From contig CAZEEV010000002.1 of NCBI GenBank assembly GCA_964511345.1, forward strand, positions 66,770 to 130,769: a stretch of DNA of 64,000 bases. Reading direction: 5' to 3'. Under the pieces are notes generated by a model. That model did not search any database and was not told where the DNA came from. It saw only the letters and a program-made list of their open reading frames with translations. Below, piece after piece: positions 7,251 through 15,989 of the stretch. Position numbers and translations under genes: made by a program. How positions within the stretch are numbered: position 1 is the first letter of the stretch; each line of letters starts with the position of its first letter. This stretch comes from an uncultured Pseudomonadales bacterium (GTDB taxonomy: Bacteria; Patescibacteriota; Microgenomatia; UBA1400; PJMF01).

Positions 7251-10181
7251 TTATTGATCAAAAGAAATCGCAAATAAAAAGTGATCTAAGTTTTTATTCT
7301 CAAAACGGATGACTTTGTCTTGATACTTTGCCTGTGGAGCAATTAGTTGTGGCTTGAACTTTTCTTCAAAAACAATTTGATAATTGGTTATTTTGTTAAA
7401 GACACCGGCTTGTTTTTGATCAAGGAAAACATATGAAAACGGTGTATTCATTTGATTTGGAACTAAATAAGTAATCACCAACTCCACTTTGCTCTGCTTG
7501 GGAATTTCTATCAGCATTGACAGTTCCCTACTTTGTTCTGCATCAACAATCTTAACCCGACTTAAATCAACCACTCGTCCATTTAATTCTACTTTTTCTA
7601 AGTTGGCTGAAGCATGTAAATAAAATCTTAAATAATTTTTGTAAACGCCAAGTGGCCAAAAATCGCTTGTAGCATTATTCTCAAAAATTATTTTGCGCTT
7701 GTGGCGGATGAATTTTTCACTAATCCCCAAACTATGCTCAATTCTTTCTGAAATATAAGGATTAACCTTATTTATCCCAACATTTGACTCTACCTGGAAA
7801 AATGAATCAACTAGACAATTATCCTGTTTAAATTCGATTGGACAAACCAGATCAGCTTTTTCCCCACCCCAAGAATTACCCTCAATAGCCTGTTGGAGTA
7901 TCTGATGACCGCTGAATAATAGAATCTCTTTTTGATTTAATTGTTCAAGCAACAATTTATTAACCATAGATAGCTCATGACTAGATAATTTCATAAGCCT
8001 ATCAACCAAGGCATTCGCAAATTTCCAGGTAAAGCTGTCTTTATTAGAAGTACTTTTAGAATCAATAATTACAGTTTCTTCTTGTTTGGCTAAATAATTA
8101 GCGGCGTTAATTATTAAATCATCACTAGCTTTTAGCTCTCCTACGACAGTTAGTAGTTCTTTAACCACTTTAGTGTTTAAAACAATTACCAGGTCAATTT
8201 TTGAACCAGTTGCTTGCTCTACAAACCATTGTATTTCTTGGCCACTTTTGGCAAAATCAGCTTGCCAATTAGCATCGTGTAAAAGAGCGTTTTCTTCTTT
8301 TAATAAGTCTTTTACCTCTGGTAAAACCGCTTTCTGTCCATAAACCCTATTGTCTAAATCGTCGACGTGAAAAATTTGTTGATCAATTAAATTAGCATTA
8401 TTAAAACCAAATAGTACTGCTTCTGTTAGAAATCCCCCAGTGGCTCTTAACTCTCCGCTATCCTGCATTAAAACTAAAACATTTACTCTACCCGATTGTA
8501 AAATAAAATCCTTAAAAACGGGAAGAAATCTTTTAAGCTGTAGATTATTCTTTAAATCTGTTTTAGTTTTCTCTAAATTGTCTTGCCACATCTTTTTTTC
8601 TTGTTCTTGATAAAGATCTAAGTTTAAATTCATCAAATAAGCATTAAAATCTTTTTGATAGGCAATTTGCTGATCAAGTTCTAATAAAATTTGATCATAA
8701 AAATGATTTAATTCCACACCGCCTTCAATGGTTTTCTTATATAAATCAAAAACAGCTTGATCAAATTTTATTCCATCTTGATAGAGACTAGAGATAATCG
8801 TACTAAGTTTTTGCAAGTCAACAGCTTCGGTTAAACTTTCACTGGGAAGAAGTTTTGCGTACTGAGCTAGCTGAAAAGAAAAAATGCGATAATTAATTGA
8901 TTTATCAATGTTTTTTTCTATATCAAGCGGCTTACTGATTATTTCATCAAGTTGCTTTTTCAGAATTTTTTGATTTAAGTTGAAAAGAGAGAATAAGCTT
9001 AATGCCAAAAAGCTAATTCCGAAAATAATAGTTCCTAGCCAAAATAAAAGCTTCCTTTTTTTAGTTTTATGTAAAATTGTTGTTCCTTGAGTAATATTTT
9101 TTTCTTGTCTGGATTTTTTCTCCTGATGTCTTTGAGTAGAGAAGAGGTTTTCAATTTTACTCGCAAACTCAGAGCTAGAATCTTTACTTAGAAGCTCTTC
9201 AATAGGTTCTTTATGGGCTTGCCGATTCACTTTTACGCTAGCATAAGGGATAGTTTTATGAAGCTTGTTTTGAACCTTTTGTTTTTTAAGTTGTAAAGCC
9301 CTTTGTGTTCTACTTACTTGTAGAGCTTTTTCTAATTCCTCTTCTGATGGAAAGGGTAAGTCACTATCAAAATCAATTAGACCACGAATTTTTTGATCAA
9401 TTATTTTGTCTATTTGAGTTTTACTATTGTTAACTACACTAAATTCTCTAATGAAAGGATGTTTTTTCTCGTTAGTTAAAAGCTTAATCGTCTGAAGCTT
9501 CTTTTGAAAATACTGTTCATAAAGATAAATAATTTGCTGAGCTAATTTAGCAGAAGAAAGTTTAGCCCCCTTAATTAAAAATTTACCGGCCTGATGGGGC
9601 TTAATTAGATATTCTTTAATTAAATTAAAAAAACTTCTTTCATCCTGAAAATAAAAATTATTCTGCGCATCAAAAACATAATTTCTTTTCACTGCAGAGA
9701 AGAACAGGAGTAGAGGATAAGTGACTTTTTTATTAGCAACTAAAACATCTTGCGCTAAAAAAGCCGTACTATTGGGAAATTGACTGAAAAAAGATCTCAA
9801 AAAATTTTCTTGCTTAGTTAAAAAATCATTATAGCCGAAGTCGAAATCATCTAAAATTTCTAAAGAAGTGCTTAAGGCAGAAATTAAAATCAAAGGAATT
9901 TTCTGATTTTTAGCTTGATTGAGTAAAGTTAAAAAATTAAAAACTTCTTCCATCACTTTTTGCGCTATGCTTTGAAAGCCATAAATAAAAATTATTTTAT
10001 AAATGTCTTTTTTGCGTTCAGCTAGTTCACGGTAATTGAGAAAAAAATCTTGATCCAGATGGATTAATTCGACACTTAGCGCCTTATTTTGCAAAAATTC
10101 CACGACAAAATCGGCAAGTAGATGACCTTGTTCAGAAATAACTAAAAACACAGAATCCTGTGTGACTGGATTATCTTCCAT
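7251..10181 (-). CDS. DUF4012-domain membrane protein
   Basis: LVLMQDSGELRATGGFL, HDANWQADF, VESNVGINKVN and YLRFY motifs typical of DUF4012; single TM near residue 380-400. Confidence 0.8.
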   Translation of the reverse strand: MEDNPVTQDSVFLVISEQGHLLADFVVEFLQNKALSVELIHLDQDFFLNYRELAERKKDIYKIIFIYGFQSIAQKVMEEVFNFLTLLNQAKNQKIPLILISALSTSLEILDDFDFGYNDFLTKQENFLRSFFSQFPNSTAFLAQDVLVANKKVTYPLLLFFSAVKRNYVFDAQNNFYFQDERSFFNLIKEYLIKPHQAGKFLIKGAKLSSAKLAQQIIYLYEQYFQKKLQTIKLLTNEKKHPFIREFSVVNNSKTQIDKIIDQKIRGLIDFDSDLPFPSEEELEKALQVSRTQRALQLKKQKVQNKLHKTIPYASVKVNRQAHKEPIEELLSKDSSSEFASKIENLFSTQRHQEKKSRQEKNITQGTTILHKTKKRKLLFWLGTIIFGISFLALSLFSLFNLNQKILKKQLDEIISKPLDIEKNIDKSINYRIFSFQLAQYAKLLPSESLTEAVDLQKLSTIISSLYQDGIKFDQAVFDLYKKTIEGGVELNHFYDQILLELDQQIAYQKDFNAYLMNLNLDLYQEQEKKMWQDNLEKTKTDLKNNLQLKRFLPVFKDFILQSGRVNVLVLMQDSGELRATGGFLTEAVLFGFNNANLIDQQIFHVDDLDNRVYGQKAVLPEVKDLLKEENALLHDANWQADFAKSGQEIQWFVEQATGSKIDLVIVLNTKVVKELLTVVGELKASDDLIINAANYLAKQEETVIIDSKSTSNKDSFTWKFANALVDRLMKLSSHELSMVNKLLLEQLNQKEILLFSGHQILQQAIEGNSWGGEKADLVCPIEFKQDNCLVDSFFQVESNVGINKVNPYISERIEHSLGISEKFIRHKRKIIFENNATSDFWPLGVYKNYLRFYLHASANLEKVELNGRVVDLSRVKIVDAEQSRELSMLIEIPKQSKVELVITYLVPNQMNTPFSYVFLDQKQAGVFNKITNYQIVFEEKFKPQLIAPQAKYQDKVIRFENKNLDHFLFAISFDQ

Positions 10182-10230
10182 TACTAAAACATTTTAGAAC
10201 AAAATAGGGAGCTAAACAAATCTGGTAAAA

Positions 10231-10653
10231 TTAAATCAGAGCAGTGTCCATGGCTTGATTGGCGAGCAGATCAGCCATTTTGTTTTCTTCACGTGAAATA
10301 TGTTTGATTTCACAGGTAGAGCAGGGTAGTATGCTTAAAATTTGCCAATTTTCTTGAGCTAAGGTTTGTAAGCGTGTTTCTTTGATTTTCCAATTTTTAT
10401 TCATTTGCTCAACGACTAATTTAGAATCTAATTTGAAAACTAAAGCGACTGAAGATTTCAAGTGTTTTTTTAAATACAAAAGAGCTAGGTTTAACGCCAG
10501 ATATTCAGCTTCATTGTTGGTTTTTAAACCTAAATATTGGTATTCCCGATGAATTTCTAATCCTTTTTCATCAATCATATAAACACCAGCGCCAGCAATT
10601 CCTGGATTACCCCTAGAACCTCCGTCAGTAAAAATAGTGATTTTTTCCTGCAT
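10231..10653 (-). CDS. rnhA: Ribonuclease HI family protein
   Basis: FTDGGSRGNPG, TNNEAEY, LDSKLVVEQM, NKMADLLANQAMD. Confidence 0.92.
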   Translation of the reverse strand: MQEKITIFTDGGSRGNPGIAGAGVYMIDEKGLEIHREYQYLGLKTNNEAEYLALNLALLYLKKHLKSSVALVFKLDSKLVVEQMNKNWKIKETRLQTLAQENWQILSILPCSTCEIKHISREENKMADLLANQAMDTALI

Positions 10654-10685
10654 ATTTACCGCTTTATTAACGCAAAGCCTGGTGA

Positions 10686-11144
10686 TTATTCTTCTTTTAG
10701 TTTAATCAGTAAAACTCTTTCCTCATTTCTATCTTCTGAATAGCTCTCTAAATTACCAAGGGTTTTATCTTCAGTGAGCACGCTATGAACCAAAAAGCGC
10801 TCATAAGAGTTTAAGCCATGCATTTCTTCTGTTTCACCTGTCTCTAGAACTCTTCTTGCTAATTCCAGAGCCTTGTCTTTCAACCTGTTTTCCAAACCAC
10901 TGCGATATTCATTAATATCTAGCATAATTTTCTTGTCTGAAAAATCATCCTTGAAAGATAATTTCGTAAGCAATTCTAAAGCCTCAAGTGTTTCACCTCT
11001 ATTACCAATCAAAAGAGCGGCTTCAGTTTGTGAGACTGTGACAATAATTTTTAGTCGATCATCGCTTTCTTCTAAAACGATTTCAAAATCATCATCAACT
11101 CCCAGATGTTTAATTAATTTTTCGAGATATTCTTGAACTTTCAT
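10686..11144 (-). CDS. jag: Jag/KhpB (EloR)-like KH+R3H RNA-binding protein lacking the Jag_N domain
   Basis: LLIGNRGETLEAL (KH) and ERFLVH (R3H); directly downstream of yidC. Confidence 0.85.
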   Translation of the reverse strand: MKVQEYLEKLIKHLGVDDDFEIVLEESDDRLKIIVTVSQTEAALLIGNRGETLEALELLTKLSFKDDFSDKKIMLDINEYRSGLENRLKDKALELARRVLETGETEEMHGLNSYERFLVHSVLTEDKTLGNLESYSEDRNEERVLLIKLKEE

Positions 11145-11148
11145 TTTT

Positions 11149-12126
11149 TTACTTTCTGTTTTTGTTTTTATGACGTTTTAGTCTACTTGCCTTTTTAGGT
11201 TTAGTAGCATTTGTGTTTCTTGGCTTAATAGCATTATTGCTGCCATCAATGTTTTTTAAAACATTGGCTAATTCTCCACCGGTGGAGTTTTTTATAAATA
11301 AAGGGCTTTTTTTAAGATGAATTTTCTTAGGAATTTTAGTTAACACCTTGGCTTCTGGAATTTTTATATACTTATTTTTAAACGGACCAAATTTAGTTAT
11401 ATATTTATTCCAATAAGTGGCTAAACCACCCCAACCAGAAACGAAATATTGAGTCACCATAGTGATAATAGTTCCAGCAATCCAATATAGAGCTAATCCC
11501 GATGGTAATTTAAGGGCGATGACTGTAGTCATAATTGGCATAAGAAAAATCATTTGTTGCTGCATAGTGGCGGCCATCTCAGCAACATCCTCTTCTTTCT
11601 TATTCGCCTCTTGAATAGGTTTTAAACTTGAGTTGTTTTTAACAACGTCTCTAGTTTGAGTAGCTGGAGAAACCATTAATGATAAAAGAAATTGAGTGAC
11701 TCCAGCAATAATTGGTAAGACATAGATAGAGTCTGGCTGACTCAAATTCACCCACAAAAAGCTTAGGTTAAAATTTAATTCTGGGCTGTTAAATAATTTA
11801 ATAATAGCCTGATATAAAACAATTAAAATAAAAAGTTGCAATAATTGAGGTAGGCAACCAGCAAGAGGATTAATGTTATAGCTTTTATAAAGCTGAGATT
11901 GGGCTAAAGCTAAACCTTGCTTATCTTTACCATACTTTTCTTTCAATTTTTTAATTTCTGGTTGCAACTCTTGCATCTTTTTACTCGACTTAACACTAGG
12001 TAAGGTCAAGGGTAATAAGGCTAAACGAATTAAAATAGTAAAAACAATAATTGTTAAGCCGAGATTGTTAAAAACAGAATATAAAAAAACTAAAATTGAG
12101 GTAAAAAAACTAATAAATAAATTCAT
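11149..12126 (-). CDS. yidC: Membrane protein insertase YidC/Oxa1
   Basis: FTILIRLALLPL, LQPEIKKLKEKY, NPLAGCLP, GLALYW. Confidence 0.93.
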   Translation of the reverse strand: MNLFISFFTSILVFLYSVFNNLGLTIIVFTILIRLALLPLTLPSVKSSKKMQELQPEIKKLKEKYGKDKQGLALAQSQLYKSYNINPLAGCLPQLLQLFILIVLYQAIIKLFNSPELNFNLSFLWVNLSQPDSIYVLPIIAGVTQFLLSLMVSPATQTRDVVKNNSSLKPIQEANKKEEDVAEMAATMQQQMIFLMPIMTTVIALKLPSGLALYWIAGTIITMVTQYFVSGWGGLATYWNKYITKFGPFKNKYIKIPEAKVLTKIPKKIHLKKSPLFIKNSTGGELANVLKNIDGSNNAIKPRNTNATKPKKASRLKRHKNKNRK

Positions 12127-12136
12127 TTAAAAAATC

Positions 12137-12337
12137 CTAGAAGTGGCGACAATTAATAACTCGCCACAAACCTTGTATTAACCCGACAATTGTACCATTT
12201 TTTTTAACTTGTGCAGCCGTGTAAGTACTGCAGCTTGGATTCTGCCTACAAGTAGAGGTGAAACCGAATAAAGAAATAAATAATTGATGCTTAAACAATC
12301 TAAATGAAGAATAGGTTTTTTTAAGAATCTTATACAT
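12137..12337 (-). CDS. yidD: Membrane protein insertion efficiency factor YidD
   Basis: CRQNPSCSTY...G..RVINC three-Cys pattern; located between rnpA and yidC. Confidence 0.8.
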   Translation of the reverse strand: MYKILKKTYSSFRLFKHQLFISLFGFTSTCRQNPSCSTYTAAQVKKNGTIVGLIQGLWRVINCRHF

Positions 12338-12701
12338 GACTAGAATTTACATGAATTAAAATTTTTTTCATTAAATCAGTAAAGTCTTTTTTTAAAAGCT
12401 CTTTTTGTTCAATAAAATTTCTTTTTAAAACTATTACTAAATCAGCTTTAAAATCGGTTTTAAGAATTCCTTTTTGAAACTGCTCTTCAACTAATGAATA
12501 AATAAAACGTCGATAATAATTTCTTAAAGTAGCTTTAGTTAAAGCTGTTTTAGGAGTAAGACAAGTGATTTTCAAATCATCTTGATTTGATCTTATATAA
12601 ACTAGAAAAAACCTAGAATTAATTAAAAAAGAGTTTCCTTTTTCAAAAATAGAGGAATTTTGCTTAAGAGAAAGATTTAGACGATTTTTTTTAGCTAACA
12701 T
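12330..12701 (-). CDS. rnpA: Ribonuclease P protein component
   Basis: MLAKKNRL start, KATLRNYYRR (RNR-motif variant); follows rpmH. Confidence 0.8.
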   Translation of the reverse strand: MLAKKNRLNLSLKQNSSIFEKGNSFLINSRFFLVYIRSNQDDLKITCLTPKTALTKATLRNYYRRFIYSLVEEQFQKGILKTDFKADLVIVLKRNFIEQKELLKKDFTDLMKKILIHVNSSHV

Positions 12702-12713
12702 TTATGATTAGGT

Positions 12714-12860
12714 TTACCAATGCTTGGCAACAGCTAATTTCCTTCTGCCTTTAGCGCGTCTGCGTTTAATGACAATTTGTCCAGTAAGAGTTTGCATTCT
12801 TTTTAAGAAACCATGCATTCTCATTCTTTTTTTCTTTTTAGGATTCCATGTTCTTTTCAT
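12714..12860 (-). CDS. rpmH: 50S ribosomal protein L34 (missing from the ORF track)
   Basis: Translated by hand: [48 protein letters not shown]. Confidence 0.95.
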   Translation of the reverse strand: MKRTWNPKKKKRMRMHGFLKRMQTLTGQIVIKRRRAKGRRKLAVAKHW

Positions 12861-12869
12861 AAGTTAGAG

Positions 12870-12878
12870 ATTATATCA
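12870..12878 (-). promoter_or_regulatory. Extended -10 promoter of rpmH
   Basis: TGATATAAT on the minus strand, 9 nt upstream of the rpmH ATG. Confidence 0.55.
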
Positions 12879-12899
12879 TAAAAAATGCTTAACTACAGG

Positions 12900-14009
12900 C
12901 TAATTATTTACTCTAAATGGCATAGCAATATAGAAATAATTATCAATTTTAGTGTCTTTAAAAATAGCCGGTTTTAAACTTTCATTCATACCAAAAACTA
13001 AAAAGTTGGGTTTGACAGCATTAATAAAATCAATCAAATAATTGACATTAAAAGCAATTTCTCCCGTCATTTCAGAAGAGTTTTTTATCATAATCTCGCC
13101 AGAATATTCGCCTGAAGAAGGAGATTGTGAAGAAATTAGCATTCTTTCTTTTTCTATTGTTAATCTCACAATATTAGAGGCATCTCTAGAGAAAATAGCT
13201 GCTCTTTTCAGTTGAGTTAAAAATTCTTCACCTTCAAATTCAACTGTTAAATTGAAATTTGGAGGAATTATTTTCTCATAAGGAGGATAATCACCCTCAA
13301 TTAGACGAACATACATTTCAACGCTATTTATTTTAAACAGTAATTGCTTTAATTCGTCTGAAACTAGTATTTGAACACTCTTAACTTCTGTTTGTTTAGC
13401 AATTCTATAAAGCTCATTTAAGGCTTTGGCGGGAATCAAAATTGCCTTCTCCTGTTTTGAGTTAATTGTTTTAAGGAATAAGCTGCTTAAACGAAAGCCA
13501 TCTGTAGCAATTACCTCCAAGCCTTTATCATTAAATTTTAATAGCAAAGCAGTTAAAACTGGTCTACTCTGATCGAGACTGGCGCAAAAAGAAACTAAAT
13601 TCTGAATTTTTTCCAAATCTTCAATATCTAAAGAAAAAAAATCCCCCTCCACAATTGGAAAACTCGGAAATTCCTCACTGTTTTGACAAGCTAGGCGACT
13701 AACTGTTTTTCCTTGAGAAATAATTAAAAAATTATCTTTTAATTTAAGAGAGATTTTACCGTTTTCCAAAGAATTAATAATGCTTTTAAACAATTCACCA
13801 TTAACTATTAATTCTCCTTCTTCTTCCACTTCAATTATTAATTCTGTTTTAATTCCTAAATAAAGATCGGTTGCAGAGAGCACGAGCTTGCTTCCTTTAA
13901 CACTTAAAAGGATTGAAGATAAAACAGTGATTTGTGGTTTGGTGGGAATTACTTTTTGAAGGTAATTAATAGAGTTTTTTAAATTTTCTTGTAGAACATT
14001 GAATTTCAT
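12900..14009 (-). CDS. dnaN: DNA polymerase III beta sliding clamp
   Basis: SATDL, SRPVLT, ATDGFRLS, RLIEGDYPPY, IAFNVNYL, MPFR. Confidence 0.95.
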   Translation of the reverse strand: MKFNVLQENLKNSINYLQKVIPTKPQITVLSSILLSVKGSKLVLSATDLYLGIKTELIIEVEEEGELIVNGELFKSIINSLENGKISLKLKDNFLIISQGKTVSRLACQNSEEFPSFPIVEGDFFSLDIEDLEKIQNLVSFCASLDQSRPVLTALLLKFNDKGLEVIATDGFRLSSLFLKTINSKQEKAILIPAKALNELYRIAKQTEVKSVQILVSDELKQLLFKINSVEMYVRLIEGDYPPYEKIIPPNFNLTVEFEGEEFLTQLKRAAIFSRDASNIVRLTIEKERMLISSQSPSSGEYSGEIMIKNSSEMTGEIAFNVNYLIDFINAVKPNFLVFGMNESLKPAIFKDTKIDNYFYIAMPFRVNN

Positions 14010-14318
14010 ATTTTCTTTTATTTAATTATATATTTTTAGTAGTTGTAGTAGTAGGGTATGTGCGTAAGTTAATATTCATTCCTTTTTTAGTCTAGTCCAT
14101 TTCTTCTAAATTTATGTTTAAAAACGGTCTTTTATTGTTGATTATTTTGTTAGAATGTGTGAATTATTGTTTATAAAAATGAAAGTTTATTCACAGTCCT
14201 ATAAGTTTTTAATGTTATTGTTAACAAGCTTTCAACTTCTTTTCCACTGATTTTTCCACAATTGTTGATAAACTGAACTTACTTTTATGTTTAACATAAC
14301 TTTTAATTGATAAATCTG
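14010..14318. other. Replication origin oriC (dnaA-dnaN intergenic)
   Basis: DnaA-box-like 9-mers: TTATTCACA 14187-14195, TTTTCCACA 14252-14260, TGTTGATAA 14263-14271, TGTGAATTA 14158-14166, TGTTTATAA 14168-14176, TGTGCGTAA 14059-14067. TAG-repeat DnaA-trios at 14037-14054 and an AT-rich tract. Confidence 0.85.
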
Positions 14319-15881
14319 TTAATTTGATATAGCAATTAACGACATTTTCATTGCAGAAACATCTTGTTGAATATTTTGATCAATAATTAAGTCCTGTTCT
14401 ATCTTTTTAATAGCATGAATTACACTACTATGATCCCTACCGGAAAACCATTGCCCGATTTCCTCCAGAGGAATCTGCAACTCATTTCTTAGTAGATACA
14501 TAGCAATATGTCTAGCTTTCACTAATTCTTTACTACGTCTTTTTCCTCTAACAGCGCTCTGTTTTATACGATAATGATTGGCAACGGTTTTAATAATGTC
14601 TTGAGGTTTCGCTCTAATAATTTTTTGTTGATTTTGTCTAACTTCAGTTTGTAGGATTTTGTCAATTAAAGCAGAGTCGATGTTTAGATTCTGTAGTTCT
14701 ACTGCTGAACGAATTTTTTTAATAATCCCTTCAATACGACGAGCGCTATCAACTTGAGAGGCGATTTTTTGAGCCAATTCAATAGGAATATCAAGCTTAT
14801 TAGCCTGAGCTTTTAATAATAAAATAGCAGTGCGCAATTCAAAGGTTGGTTGTTGAATGTCAATCATGAGTCCAGCCTCAAAACGAGACCTTAGCCGGTC
14901 TTCTAAGAGACTTATCTCTTGCGGTGGTCTATCCGAAGTCATAATAATCTGTGAGTTGATAGCAATCAGAGCATTAAAAGTGTGAAAAAATTCTTCTTGC
15001 ACAGAATTTTTACCAGCAATAAATTGAATGTCGTCTAAAAGTAGGAGATTGGTTTTGCGATATTTGTTTTTTAATTGTAGAGTGTTGTGGGTTTTAATTG
15101 CCTTAACGATTTCATTGGTGAACTGTTCTCCAGAGGCATAAATAATTTCCGCTTCCGGGTTATTTTGTAGCATGTGGTGAGCAACCGCATGAATTAAATG
15201 GGTTTTACCAACTCCCACTCCACCATAGAGAAAAAGCGGATTGTAGCTAGTCCCTGGATTGTTAGCGACGGCTGTGGCTGCGGCGTGAGCCATTTCATTA
15301 CTCGACGAGACTGCAAAGCTTTCAAAAGTATAATCTTGTCTCAAACCGATCTGCGAGGCCCTAACCTTCAAACGATCAAAAGTATTGTTATTAATATTTG
15401 CTTGAGAAAACAACTCTTCCACTGTCGGCGAGGGACTATTTTGATTATTTCCAGGAAAACTTTTACCAAAAGCAAGATTATTTCTAGACTCATTGAAATT
15501 GCGTCCATTAATTTCTTTGTAAATCGATTCTTCTTTTTCTGTTTTTTCTGAGAAATAATCTATTTGTACTGAAGGTGATTTTTTATTGGCTTGTCTTAAA
15601 TCAGTGACAATAAACTCTATTTCAAGTGGTTTATTAATGTATTTTTCCAAAGCAGTTTTAATTTGCGAGTAAAGATTGGATTTGAGATTGGTTACATGGA
15701 AGGCAGTCATACAACTAATAGTGGCGATGGCTTTTTGATCATCCTCAATTTTAATAGAAGTGAGTGGACTAGGCACAATCCAAGTATTAAAAAAAGCCGG
15801 GCTAAGACTGGCCTCCAAATCAACCTTGGCCATTTGCCAGACTTGTTTTACTGTTTCTAAATCATAGATTTGTTCAGACAT
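14319..15881 (-). CDS. dnaA: Chromosomal replication initiator DnaA
   Basis: YNPLFLYGGVGVGKTHL, LLLDDIQFI, RLRSRF, GRDHSSVIHA. ATG 15881 preferred (TTG 15896 possible). Confidence 0.96.
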   Translation of the reverse strand: MSEQIYDLETVKQVWQMAKVDLEASLSPAFFNTWIVPSPLTSIKIEDDQKAIATISCMTAFHVTNLKSNLYSQIKTALEKYINKPLEIEFIVTDLRQANKKSPSVQIDYFSEKTEKEESIYKEINGRNFNESRNNLAFGKSFPGNNQNSPSPTVEELFSQANINNNTFDRLKVRASQIGLRQDYTFESFAVSSSNEMAHAAATAVANNPGTSYNPLFLYGGVGVGKTHLIHAVAHHMLQNNPEAEIIYASGEQFTNEIVKAIKTHNTLQLKNKYRKTNLLLLDDIQFIAGKNSVQEEFFHTFNALIAINSQIIMTSDRPPQEISLLEDRLRSRFEAGLMIDIQQPTFELRTAILLLKAQANKLDIPIELAQKIASQVDSARRIEGIIKKIRSAVELQNLNIDSALIDKILQTEVRQNQQKIIRAKPQDIIKTVANHYRIKQSAVRGKRRSKELVKARHIAMYLLRNELQIPLEEIGQWFSGRDHSSVIHAIKKIEQDLIIDQNIQQDVSAMKMSLIAISN

Positions 15882-15940
15882 ATCGTCTTTCTTCAAGATA
15901 GGGAGGGCAGAATGGAGCAGCTAAAAATCTTCGTGCTTAC

Positions 15941-15961
15941 TTATACACAAAGTTTTCCACA
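15941..15961. promoter_or_regulatory. Tandem DnaA boxes upstream of dnaA
   Basis: TTATACACA 15941-15949 and TTTTCCACA 15953-15961. Confidence 0.7.
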
Positions 15962-15989
15962 ATTAGCAAGGGGCAATTTTTTAATGAAA

